64,000 nt of DNA from Terriglobia bacterium. GTDB lineage: Bacteria > Acidobacteriota > Terriglobia > 2-12-FULL-54-10. Below, in pieces: positions 38,211 to 47,279 of the stretch. Under the pieces are notes generated by a model, which searched no databases, was not told the DNA's origin, and worked only from the letters and a program-made list of their open reading frames with translations. The first letter of the stretch is position 1. Each line of letters begins with the position of its first letter. The stretch lies in the NCBI GenBank assembly GCA_963666975.2, contig CAXVYR010000004.1, positions 896,001 to 960,000 of the forward strand, written 5' to 3'. A program made the position numbers and the translations under genes.

Positions 38211-39870
38211 CCCGCATTTCCAGTTTGAAACTGTAGAAGCAACCTTCGACTAGCCTCCAACATCAATATTGATGCTGGTTTCAGCATCAACATTGGCGTG
38301 CGGAGGTATACACCGAATGGGTGAGAGACAAAATCAGCCATTTCAACTCACTTTTAATGCCTCGTTGAAGGTCGCTTTCCACGGATCGAGGGTCACCTCC
38401 AACGGAGGGTTGATTCTGGTGCGGGAGTTGGACGAACGATTGGGATTCGGTGAACTCATCAAGCAGCACCTAGCCGATCCTCGGGGGAAGAACACACGGT
38501 TGCCCCTCGCGGACCTGCTACGGCAGTCGGTGTACAGTCGCTTGGCTGGATACGAGGATGTGAACGATGCCGAGCAACTCTCACGAGATCCGACCTTCCG
38601 GCTGATCGGTTCCGAGAAGAATTGGGATCGAGGGGCAGCACTGCCATCCCGGTTGCAAACCTTCGAGACGGAGTTGCTGGCTGAGGAGGAAAACTTCGCA
38701 GGGCTGGCACGGCTGAACCGGGAACTGATCGGCAGGGCAGAAGCAATCGATTCGCCGTACCGGGTAGTGCTCGACATGGACTCGACTGAGATCCCGGTCT
38801 ACGGGGAGCAGGAGCAAAGCGCCTACAACGGGCACTTCGAGTCCACCTGTTATCATCCGGTGCTTCTGTTCAATGGAGGCGGCGATTGTCTAGCGGCCAA
38901 GCTCCGTGCCGGCAACGTCCATAGTGCCGAAGGCTGGGAAGAACTTCTGTTGCCGGAGATCGAACGCCAGCAGTTGATGGGGAAAGAAGTCGTGTTTCGG
39001 GCTGACGCGGCCTTTGCCAAGCCGGAGGTTTACGAAGCGTTGGAGGAGCGGGGTGTGAAGTATGCCATCCGCATCCCTTCCAACGAGAACCTCCAGCGGG
39101 ACATCGAGGAGTTGCTGAAACTTCCGGTAGGAAGGCCGGGCCAGAAGCCGTTGGTGGAGTACAAGGGGTTTCTGTACCAAGCCGAGAGTTGGAAGACGGC
39201 CCGACGGGTGGTAGCCAAGGTAGAACATCATCCGGGGGAGTTGTTCCCGCGAGTGGGGTTCATTGTCACGAATCTGCCCCTTCCGAGTCGGGCGGTGGTG
39301 CGTTTCTATAATAAGCGAGGGACAGCAGAGCAGTGGATTAAGGAAGGCAAGCAGGCGGTGAAGATGACGCGGCTCAGTTGCCATCGGTTCCGCTCCAACG
39401 AGGTACGGCTGTGGCTGACCATCATTGCCTATAATCTGGGAAATCTTTGGCGGCGGCTGGTGCTGCCACAGAGAATCGGGAACTGGTCCCTGACGAGCTT
39501 GCAGCAGCGGTTGGTGAAAACCGGAGGACGCCTGATTAAGCATGCCCGCTACTATTGGCTATTGCTGGCAGAGAGCCATCTGACGAGACGTTTATTTGCT
39601 AGCATGCTGGGGCGAATAGATGGGCTGTCGCTTCCGTCGGGATAGCCTAGCCTGCGGCGCACCCAAGAAAATGATTCCGATATCCCCCAGGCATGGAGAG
39701 GTGTCTGCAAAAGCTGGTTCTGGAAGCCGAGGCGATGGGTTTTGGGGACTCGGAAAGAGCGGCTGGAAGCCGCTGGCAGTATCTCGGAGAAAATATTTGT
39801 CTGGAAGGGCTCAATTGAAGGCCAACGGATGTATGCTCACGAGTCGGATGGGCCAAAAAACTAATTCCGG
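38211..39870 (+). mobile_element. IS1380-family element (ends approximate)
   Basis: Transposase; candidate ends cccgcatttccagttt and aaaactaattccgg; a similar right end recurs near 40266-40330. Confidence 0.65.
38317..39645 (+). CDS. IS1380-family transposase
   Basis: TSNGGL, GYEDVND, LDMDST, RADAAF, YNKRGTAEQWIKEGK. Confidence 0.95.
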   Translation: MGERQNQPFQLTFNASLKVAFHGSRVTSNGGLILVRELDERLGFGELIKQHLADPRGKNTRLPLADLLRQSVYSRLAGYEDVNDAEQLSRDPTFRLIGSEKNWDRGAALPSRLQTFETELLAEEENFAGLARLNRELIGRAEAIDSPYRVVLDMDSTEIPVYGEQEQSAYNGHFESTCYHPVLLFNGGGDCLAAKLRAGNVHSAEGWEELLLPEIERQQLMGKEVVFRADAAFAKPEVYEALEERGVKYAIRIPSNENLQRDIEELLKLPVGRPGQKPLVEYKGFLYQAESWKTARRVVAKVEHHPGELFPRVGFIVTNLPLPSRAVVRFYNKRGTAEQWIKEGKQAVKMTRLSCHRFRSNEVRLWLTIIAYNLGNLWRRLVLPQRIGNWSLTSLQQRLVKTGGRLIKHARYYWLLLAESHLTRRLFASMLGRIDGLSLPSG

Positions 39871-40073
39871 CTGACTATGAACACTTCCAGGTGGCTCTGA
39901 ACCGAGAAACGGACTGCAATCTCCTCTCCTTCAAGAGGCTTGACTTTGCTGCGAATGCAAGCTCCACCCCTCGAAATATCGATCAGTTCGCCGGTAGTTT
40001 CCATTGACTCCGCTCGGAACAGTGTTCTACCGGCCACAGAGAAACGCTGGTAACAACCGCTCGTGACAGACAC
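39861..40073 (-). pseudogene. PilZ-domain remnant truncated at the IS1380 end
   Basis: DISRGGACI motif; ORF ends in the IS terminus. Confidence 0.6.
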
Positions 40074-40395
40074 ATTGACACCTCAATTGGGATTTCTTGC
40101 CCCAATATCGCACTGTTACTGGAGAACGGGATTAACCGTGGAGTTATGCTCGATAAACCAAGCAGGGTAAGAAGCACAGCAGGAGGTTAGATAATGGCCC
40201 TAGCTGTTCCGCCTGTGCGCTATATTGGCTGTCTTCCAGGTGGTGGTGTTCCTGATTGAGGTGGAAGGGCTCAGTTGGAGGGTGAGGGGTGTATACTCGC
40301 GAGTCGGAAGGACCAAAAAACTAATTCCAGTTTAGACGATCCACAAGAGGCAGCTCCAGGAAACTTTAAGTCTCTGGACCTTATTCAACGCCGCC

Positions 40396-41034
40396 ATGAT
40401 CGCAGACGTACTGACCCTCCTCAGCTCCTACATCATTGCTGTGATTTCCATCCTGGGATACCCAGGCATCGTTTTATTGATGACCATCGAAAGCGCCTGC
40501 ACTCCTCTGCCCTCGGAGGTCATCCTGCTCTTTTCCGGATACCTGGTGTGGACAGGAGATTTCAACATATGGTGGGTAGCTACGATGGGCACGTTGGGAT
40601 GTAACCTCGGCTCCATCGTTGGTTACTATCTGGGAGCCTACGGCGGACGGCCATTCCTAATGCGTTATGGAAAATATTTTTTGGTTTCCGGTCGGGAGGT
40701 TGAGATAGCTGACCGGTGGTTTGAACGGCACGGCCAATGGACGGTCTTTTTCAGCCGTCTGCTGCCTATAATCAGGACTTTCATTTCCTTCCCGGCCGGT
40801 GTGGCCCGGATGGATTTCTGGAAGTTTAACGTATATACCTTCCTGGGGTCTTTCCCTTGGTGCTTTGGGCTGGCCTATGCCGGCTACAAAATGGGTGCAC
40901 ATTGGCAAACGTTGCAAGTTTACTTCCACCGATTTGATTACATCATTGGGACTTTTCTGGCGATTGGGGTGATTGCCTACATTTGGGTGTACTGGAAACA
41001 GCGAACCCGGGAAGAAAAGGGAATCCTTGCTTAA
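40396..41034 (+). CDS. DedA-family membrane protein
   Basis: IESACTPLPSE, YGGRP, SRLLPIIRTFISFPAG. Confidence 0.93.
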   Translation: MIADVLTLLSSYIIAVISILGYPGIVLLMTIESACTPLPSEVILLFSGYLVWTGDFNIWWVATMGTLGCNLGSIVGYYLGAYGGRPFLMRYGKYFLVSGREVEIADRWFERHGQWTVFFSRLLPIIRTFISFPAGVARMDFWKFNVYTFLGSFPWCFGLAYAGYKMGAHWQTLQVYFHRFDYIIGTFLAIGVIAYIWVYWKQRTREEKGILA

Positions 41035-41675
41035 TAGATTAAGGGGGCCTGACCTGACCGGGGATTTTTGTACCATCGATAAGGGCGAAGGCGAAGAGTT
41101 AACATCACAGCCTGGGGTTGTGAAAGGCGTTTCCAGACAGCGCGATAGGTCCCCGGCCTGCCCGAACCCTATCCCCCAGCCCTCCCTACCTCCCTCCAAG
41201 ACGCCCACCCAGCCCGCCTATCCCATTTAGAATCAGCAAGCACCTTTGCACAAAAACAACAAAAACTTAGCCAAGTGGATCGCCTATATGTCGTTGACCC
41301 AAAGGAATTTAGAGGGTTAACTTGAAAGTGGAATGACCAAGGCTTTGGGTTGCAACCGAATCCGCTTTTTTGTGTTGGGGCAGATACTATCACTCGCCAC
41401 CTCACCCCCCCTGTGACGGAAGCCTCTCGCCTATGCTTCACATTCAGCAGAGGTTAGCTGCCGAATAATCGGGCCATTCCCTATTTGGTTAAGGGGCTGC
41501 ACTAACTGGTCCTTGTACTGCTAAGAAAGGGTTGAGCGGCTCAAATCCTGTCGGAGGGGACAAGGGGGGCATCTTACTTGTAAGTTGACCCACCTATTCG
41601 CCACTCGCTACTGATAGACCTCATCGAGACCAATAGACGAATCCAGAAATGAACGCAAGAGGCTTGGAACTGCGC

Positions 41676-41704
41676 TTGACTATTCTAACGTGATAGGTTA
41701 TTCT
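41676..41704 (+). promoter_or_regulatory. Sigma70-type promoter upstream of integrase operon
   Basis: TTGACT-17bp-TATTCT. Confidence 0.55.
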
Positions 41705-41705
41705 T

Positions 41706-41942
41706 ATGGTCATGCAGTGCCCGGTCCACAAAGTTGATTTAGTTTGCTTCTGCCCAGCGTGCCGGGGAGCTGTTACCAGTGTGCGCAAGGCCCGCAGTAG
41801 CAGGCACAACGGGATGCGGGGTGGACGGCCCCGACTATCAGATGAAGAAGTAAGTCTGGATGCGCTATACCAAAGAGCACGGCGGGAACGAATGAAACAA
41901 AAGGCTGCGAAAGCGCTCAGAAAAAAGAAAGGGGTGAGGTGA
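41706..41942 (+). CDS. Small basic Cys/His protein with AT-hook-like GGRPR (start may be 41712)
   Basis: CPVH..CFCPAC, TSVRKARSSRHNGMRGGRPR; stop overlaps integrase start. Confidence 0.7.
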   Translation: MVMQCPVHKVDLVCFCPACRGAVTSVRKARSSRHNGMRGGRPRLSDEEVSLDALYQRARRERMKQKAAKALRKKKGVR

Positions 41943-43042
41943 TGGCAAGGAGACAGCGCGGATTATATGAGAAAGTTCCGGGGTCGGGCGTGTGGTGGAT
42001 CAGGTATGCCGACTCCACCGGGAGGATTCGCCGGGAAAAGGCCGGGATGAAGAGTGCAGCCTTGGCCGCTTATGGAAAGAGGGAAACCCAAGTGCGGGAA
42101 GGGAAGTTTTTCCCTGAAAAGGCCAAGCGGAGTCGCCAAGTATGGTTTGAAGAGATTGCTAGGGATGCACTAGACTACTCGCGGGGAAACAAGGGGCACG
42201 AGTCTTTCAGGAACGACCGTTGGAATATGGCGCTGCTGTCGGAGTGGTTCAAGGATCGTCTAGCCAGCGAGATTACGGCCCAGGAAATAGAGCGGCGGCT
42301 GGCAGAGCTTTCCGAGGCTGGGCGTGCACCAGCCACGGTCAACCGTTATTGGGCACTCTTGAGCCTCACGTATTCCCTTGCAGTCAGAAATAAGAAGGTG
42401 CCTGCCAGTCCAGTCAGTTCCGTCCGCCGCCGCAAAGAGAACAACGAGAGGGTGCGCTTCCTGAGCGATTCAGAAGAAACGACATTGCGTGAGCATATTT
42501 GCGCCAACTTCCCTGAAAGAGAGCCGGAGTTTGATTTGGCCCTCCATACTGGAATGCGCCGAGGGGAACAGTTCCGTCTGCGCCGACAAGATGTAGACAT
42601 TAGCCTGGGGGTTATCACGATCCCCCGCAGCAAGCACGGAAAGAAGCGCCACGTCCCAATCAATGACGTTGCACGCAGCGCCATAGAGCGCCTTCTGAGC
42701 GCCACGACGGGGGTGTATATAGTTCCTGGCCTGGAAGGGCCACGGCACCGTGACAGCCAACGCTGGCTGGAAGAGTGTATTGATGCGGCCAAGATTCCCG
42801 ACTTCCACTGGCACGACCTGCGCCATACCTTTGCTTCCCGCCTGGTGATGAGGGGGGTTGACCTCCGGACCGTTCAAGAGCTGATGGGACACAAAACAAT
42901 CTCCATGACCGTGCGGTATGCTCACCTGTCCCCGGCCCATCTCCTGGACGCGGTGAGCCGCCTTACAGAGAGACCAACTGACACCACTACTGACACCGGC
43001 ACTTTAGAGAGGGTTTCAGTGGACAGGTCCGCTGCCGCCTAA
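41939..43042 (+). CDS. Tyrosine recombinase/integrase
   Basis: HTGMRRGE, K, HDLRHT, LMGH, RYAH; N-terminal WWIRY arm-binding domain. Confidence 0.96.
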   Translation: MMARRQRGLYEKVPGSGVWWIRYADSTGRIRREKAGMKSAALAAYGKRETQVREGKFFPEKAKRSRQVWFEEIARDALDYSRGNKGHESFRNDRWNMALLSEWFKDRLASEITAQEIERRLAELSEAGRAPATVNRYWALLSLTYSLAVRNKKVPASPVSSVRRRKENNERVRFLSDSEETTLREHICANFPEREPEFDLALHTGMRRGEQFRLRRQDVDISLGVITIPRSKHGKKRHVPINDVARSAIERLLSATTGVYIVPGLEGPRHRDSQRWLEECIDAAKIPDFHWHDLRHTFASRLVMRGVDLRTVQELMGHKTISMTVRYAHLSPAHLLDAVSRLTERPTDTTTDTGTLERVSVDRSAAA

Positions 43043-43073
43043 GTTCAATGAAGTGATGTACAATGCGGAATGT

Positions 43074-43160
43074 GCGAGAGTGGCGGAATTGGCAGACGCG
43101 CCAGACTTAGGATCTGGTGCCCGAAAGGGCGTGGGGGTTCGAGTCCCTCCTTTCGCACCA
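43074..43160 (+). tRNA. tRNA-Leu (anticodon TAG)
   Basis: Acceptor GCGAGAG/CTTTCGC, anticodon arm ccaga-cttagga-tctgg, long variable arm, GTTCGAGTCC, encoded CCA. Confidence 0.97.
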
Positions 43161-43334
43161 TAGAGTAAAGATTTTTCTGCCTCACGACGTTGGCTTACCC
43201 GGATTTATTCCGGGGCCGTCAGCGTTTTTTTCTGAAAGGTTCCGGTAAAGCTTCAGCCTTTGTTTCCCGGATTTCCGGAAAGGATGGAATCTTTTCGCCG
43301 GATGATACCGCAAAGTTGTGCAGGGGGTTATAAC

Positions 43335-44177
43335 GTGTCATCGAATGAAAAGAATGAGAAGCATGAGAAGAATGCGAAAAGGGTCCGGGAGGAGCTGGCC
43401 GGGCTAATGGATATCTATACCGGGGCCGTCCATCGTGTAGCGCTGGCGTATGCGGAGCGGAGGAATCGCGAGCGGGACATCCACTGGCTGGCTTTGCAGG
43501 CGGCCAAAGAATACGGGGCGATGCTGTTTCACTCCCGCCTGATGTGGCGAAAGGCAAAGGAGATGGAGCCGCTGGAAAGCATCCGGAAGTCGAGCGTCGA
43601 CAGCTTTGAGGAGGCCGAACATTACTGGGGCTACCGGGAGATTCTCGATTGGTATCTGGATGGCAAGCCTTGCGAAGTGCCCCAGATGTGGGGGTATGGC
43701 GATTTTCCGGATGCGGGCGGGCCGGGGCCGGGCGTAAACAAATCACTTTGGCCCGAGCATTACGGCTATCTGGATATGGCGCAGCGGCATGCGCGCGCGG
43801 CTCGCTCCTCCTGGGTGAGCGAGGTGGTCTCCAGCAACCGGGAAGGAGCCGCCGTCGCCTTCCATGCCGTCATGAGCAAGCTCCCCGTGACCGATGAGTT
43901 TGCAGAGCGGTTTACCCGGCACGAGCGCACCGTCGCCCGGGATGAGTTGCACCACGGCCCTGAGCTGATTCAGGAACTGGCCAAAACCGTTCCGTCGCTG
44001 GATGATCTGGAGGAGGCGAAGCAGAAGATCGCCGAGATGCGCGTGCAGGAGTTGCGCCAGCGCAACGAGCAGTTCCTGCACCCTATGACGGCGGCGGAGT
44101 TAGGGCAGCTTGAACAGGATTTCCGCCATATGCGCATCGAGCCCATCCCGGTGTTCTCGGAAGGCGCTATAGCGTAG
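43335..44177 (+). CDS. Ferritin-like di-iron domain protein
   Basis: KEY...EEAEH and REG...DELHH paired ExxH motifs; start uncertain. Confidence 0.65.
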   Translation: MSSNEKNEKHEKNAKRVREELAGLMDIYTGAVHRVALAYAERRNRERDIHWLALQAAKEYGAMLFHSRLMWRKAKEMEPLESIRKSSVDSFEEAEHYWGYREILDWYLDGKPCEVPQMWGYGDFPDAGGPGPGVNKSLWPEHYGYLDMAQRHARAARSSWVSEVVSSNREGAAVAFHAVMSKLPVTDEFAERFTRHERTVARDELHHGPELIQELAKTVPSLDDLEEAKQKIAEMRVQELRQRNEQFLHPMTAAELGQLEQDFRHMRIEPIPVFSEGAIA

Positions 44178-44221
44178 TTGCGCTAAGACAGCGCGAGCAG
44201 GCTGGACGCAGAGGCAAAGGA

Positions 44222-45571
44222 CTATTTCGATCCCTCGACCAGCAGGCGTTTGATGCTCTCGACGTCGGCCGGGACCGAAACGGGCCGGTTGGCGAAGCGG
44301 GACTCAATGGGGCGTTGCTTGCCGGCGCCGGGAAAGGCGAGGGTGCCCTGGTGGTAGGCCAGCGCGTAATCGGGGTCCTTCATCAGATTTCCGGTCAGCA
44401 CCGCCACCACCCGGTCGCTTTTGCGGATCACATTGCTCGCGACCAGTTTCCGAATGCCCGCCAGGGTGGCCGCCGAGGCCGGCTCGCAGCCGATACCCGA
44501 ATGGCCGATCACTGCCTTGGCGTCGGCAATCTCCTGCTCGCTGACTTTTTCGCACAATCCCCGGGTGGCCTCGATCTCGTGCAGGGCTTTCTTCCAGGAG
44601 ACCGGCGCGCCGATCTTGATGGCGGTAGCCAGCGTTGTTGGATTTTCCACCGGGCAGAGAGAAAGCTCCTGCGGGGCTTTATTTTCGGCTGCGGCCCGTT
44701 GAAACAGTTGATAGAGCGGGGCCGCGCCCTCGGCTTGAATCACAGCCAGGCGGGGCATGCGGTCGAGCAGTCGCAGTTGCCGCATCTCCCGCAGCGCTTT
44801 TCCAAACGCCGAACAGTTGCCCAGGTTGCCGCCCGGCAGCACAATCCAGTCAGGCGCCTGCCATTCCAATTGCTCCATCATTTCAACGATAATCGTCTTC
44901 TGCCCCTCCACCCGGAACGGATTTACTGAGTTGAGCAGATAGACTCCGGCCTCTTCCACCAGGCGGGAGAGCAGCTTCCAGGTGCCGTCGAAGTTCGTCT
45001 CCACCTGGATGGTCAGCGCGCCGTATTCCAGCGCCTGCGCCAGCTTGCCGGTGGCGATCTGCCCGGCGGGGATCAGGATGACTGCCTGCAAACCGCCGGT
45101 GGCGGCAAAGGCGGCAAGCGAGGCCGAGGTGTTTCCCGTGCTCACACAAGCCACGACCTTCCTGCCGAGGGCCACTGCCTGGCTGATTCCCGTCGTCATG
45201 CCGTTGTCTTTGAAGGAGCCGGTCGGGTTGAAGCCTTGATGCTTGAACTGGATCCTTTCCATATCCGCATAGGCAGCCGACCGCGGCGCATCGAGTAGCG
45301 GAGTATTTCCTTCCCGCAAGGTCACAATGCGGGCCTCCGGCGGCAGGAACGGAATCATCTCCCGGAAGCGCCAAACCCCGCTCATGTCCTGCGGGTCGGT
45401 GGACATCTTCCGGGTCCGCCATGTTTGTTTCAGGGCCTCCGGGTCCCAATCGCCCCACTCATAGTGGACCTCCAGAAGGCCTCCGCAAGCGGGGCAAAAC
45501 GGTTTGACGCCGGTGATGGGATACCGCGCCCTGCATTTTTCTTCAAAACAACGTAAGGAAGCAGTGGTCAT
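44222..45571 (-). CDS. thrC: Threonine synthase
   Basis: EGNTPL, NPTGSFKD, STGNTSAS, NSVNPFRVEGQK, EPASAA. Confidence 0.95.
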   Translation of the reverse strand: MTTASLRCFEEKCRARYPITGVKPFCPACGGLLEVHYEWGDWDPEALKQTWRTRKMSTDPQDMSGVWRFREMIPFLPPEARIVTLREGNTPLLDAPRSAAYADMERIQFKHQGFNPTGSFKDNGMTTGISQAVALGRKVVACVSTGNTSASLAAFAATGGLQAVILIPAGQIATGKLAQALEYGALTIQVETNFDGTWKLLSRLVEEAGVYLLNSVNPFRVEGQKTIIVEMMEQLEWQAPDWIVLPGGNLGNCSAFGKALREMRQLRLLDRMPRLAVIQAEGAAPLYQLFQRAAAENKAPQELSLCPVENPTTLATAIKIGAPVSWKKALHEIEATRGLCEKVSEQEIADAKAVIGHSGIGCEPASAATLAGIRKLVASNVIRKSDRVVAVLTGNLMKDPDYALAYHQGTLAFPGAGKQRPIESRFANRPVSVPADVESIKRLLVEGSK

Positions 45572-45602
45572 ATTCGCAGTGGGTGTCCGGCTACAGTTTT
45601 CT

Positions 45603-46526
45603 TCATGACGCTTTCTCAACTACCAGCCCGTGTGGATCGACCTGAAGCCGGTGTATCTTGGCGGCTACCTTTTGTTCGCGAAAACAAGCCGCGATGGCTT
45701 CTCCGGCCCCGGCAGTCGCAGGGCCGTCACAAAATGCCACCACGCTGGGGCCTGCTCCGCTGAGAGCCAGTCCCAGCAGGCCGGGGATGTTGATGTTGCG
45801 AAGCTTCAGGATATCAGCAAACCCAGGAATCAAAGAGGCACGATAGGGCTGGTGCAGGCGGTCCTGCAGGGCTTCGGCAAACAGATCGGCCCTGCCCTCG
45901 CGAAGCGCAGCCAGCAACAGCGCTACCCGCTGCACATTGAAAATGGCGTGAGGCCGGGAGTAACTTTCCGGGAGCGCCGCGCGAGCGGCTTCGGTTGACA
46001 ACCGGCACTTCGGAACAACCAGCACCACTTCCAATTTCTGACTGAACGGGCTGTTCACGGAGAGCACCGCGCCGTCCTCCGCCTGGCAGCTTACCACCAA
46101 CCCGCCTCGTGCCGCTGCCGCCACGTTGTCCGGATGGCCTTCCATCTCCGTAGCCATCTGGATGAGCTGCTCCTTGCTTTGGTTCAACCCCTCCCATTCA
46201 TTGGCCAGAGCGAGGCCTGCCAGAATAGCCGCCGCGCTGCTGCCGAGACCCCTTCCCAAAGGTATTTCATTCGCGATCTCCAGTTTCACCGCCTCTTGAG
46301 TCTCCTTGCTGGCAAGGCTGGAAAAGGCCCGAAAAATGAGATTGGACCGGTTGCGCGGTATTTCCGATCTGTCGCTCCCGGAAACCTGTATTTGTAATCC
46401 CTGGCTAGACTTGCGGAGAGTGCACCGCAAATAAAGACTCAGCGCCAACCCCAGGGTGTCAAATCCTGGTCCCAAATTGGCGCTGCTGGCGGGTACGCGG
46501 ACGCAAATCGAGGAATGCTCATTCAT
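45603..46526 (-). CDS. thrB: Homoserine kinase
   Basis: PASSANLGPGFD, PLGRGLGSSAAA, EGHPDN, SGAGPS. Confidence 0.96.
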   Translation of the reverse strand: MNEHSSICVRVPASSANLGPGFDTLGLALSLYLRCTLRKSSQGLQIQVSGSDRSEIPRNRSNLIFRAFSSLASKETQEAVKLEIANEIPLGRGLGSSAAAILAGLALANEWEGLNQSKEQLIQMATEMEGHPDNVAAAARGGLVVSCQAEDGAVLSVNSPFSQKLEVVLVVPKCRLSTEAARAALPESYSRPHAIFNVQRVALLLAALREGRADLFAEALQDRLHQPYRASLIPGFADILKLRNINIPGLLGLALSGAGPSVVAFCDGPATAGAGEAIAACFREQKVAAKIHRLQVDPHGLVVEKAS

Positions 46527-46672
46527 AACGGAAACCGGCTGGACAGCATAAAACCTATATCCTAACCTAATTCGGGGTCAAGGACTCCGAACTTCAATAA
46601 AGATTGACATTTCTCGATAAAGACCTGTAACCTGAGCGGAGAAACGGCATCTAATGAAATACGGAGACGTTT

Positions 46673-47101
46673 ATGCGGTTTGGAAGCAAAACTGGCCACC
46701 GCTCTCATAGCAGGGCAATCGCCCTGTGTGTGGTGGTTCTGTTCAGCTTTCAGTTCAGCCGCTTCTTTCTCATTGTCCAGCTTGGCGTCATCGAATGTTT
46801 CGAGCCCGGCCACACGCACGATGCCACTGCGCACTCTCATTCGTATGCAGATAACGGGCATCAGCATGATCGCGAGGGCGAGCAAGCTCCTTCGCACAGT
46901 CACGACGGGGAGCACTATTTCCAGCATTGCCAGGACACCTATGGCGACGCCGGCCTGACTCCGGTCCAGCCGCAGGGAGCGCCCGAAACAGTTTCCTATC
47001 AGCCGCCGGAAACCGCTTGGAAAAATCCTCCAAGCGCGAACTTCCAGCCTCTCGAAAATTACCTTCCTCCACCCTTCCAACCACCGCGAAACCTGAGCTA
47101 G
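46673..47101 (+). CDS. His-rich membrane leader protein ending in PPPFQPPR
   Basis: TM segment, His cluster, Pro-rich tail; TTGACA-18-TAACCT upstream (46604-46633). Confidence 0.65.
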   Translation: MRFGSKTGHRSHSRAIALCVVVLFSFQFSRFFLIVQLGVIECFEPGHTHDATAHSHSYADNGHQHDREGEQAPSHSHDGEHYFQHCQDTYGDAGLTPVQPQGAPETVSYQPPETAWKNPPSANFQPLENYLPPPFQPPRNLS

Positions 47102-47279
47102 CTTCTTCTCAAAAGATCAACTTGCGCCTGCGTGTGATGGTGCGACGTTGATTTTTTGAAGTTGTGGCTGCCCGTCGCCTGTTTTTCTCCGTCGAGAAGC
47201 AGTGAGGCAAGGCCGCCAGCTTCTAAAAGCCTTCCGAGGGTGACCATGTGCGCCGTTGGCGGGAAGGTTGGAGGTTGAG

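Larger units (their letters stand above)
25071..43113. mobile_element. ~18 kb integrative element (satellite/IME-like) in tRNA-Leu
   Basis: 40-bp identical direct repeats at 25071-25110 and 43074-43113; integrase at right end, xis-like and AAA_25 genes at left. Confidence 0.92.

Noticed and set aside
25071-43113. Complete prophage or conjugative element
   Set aside because: No capsid, terminase, tail, relaxase or T4SS genes recognised
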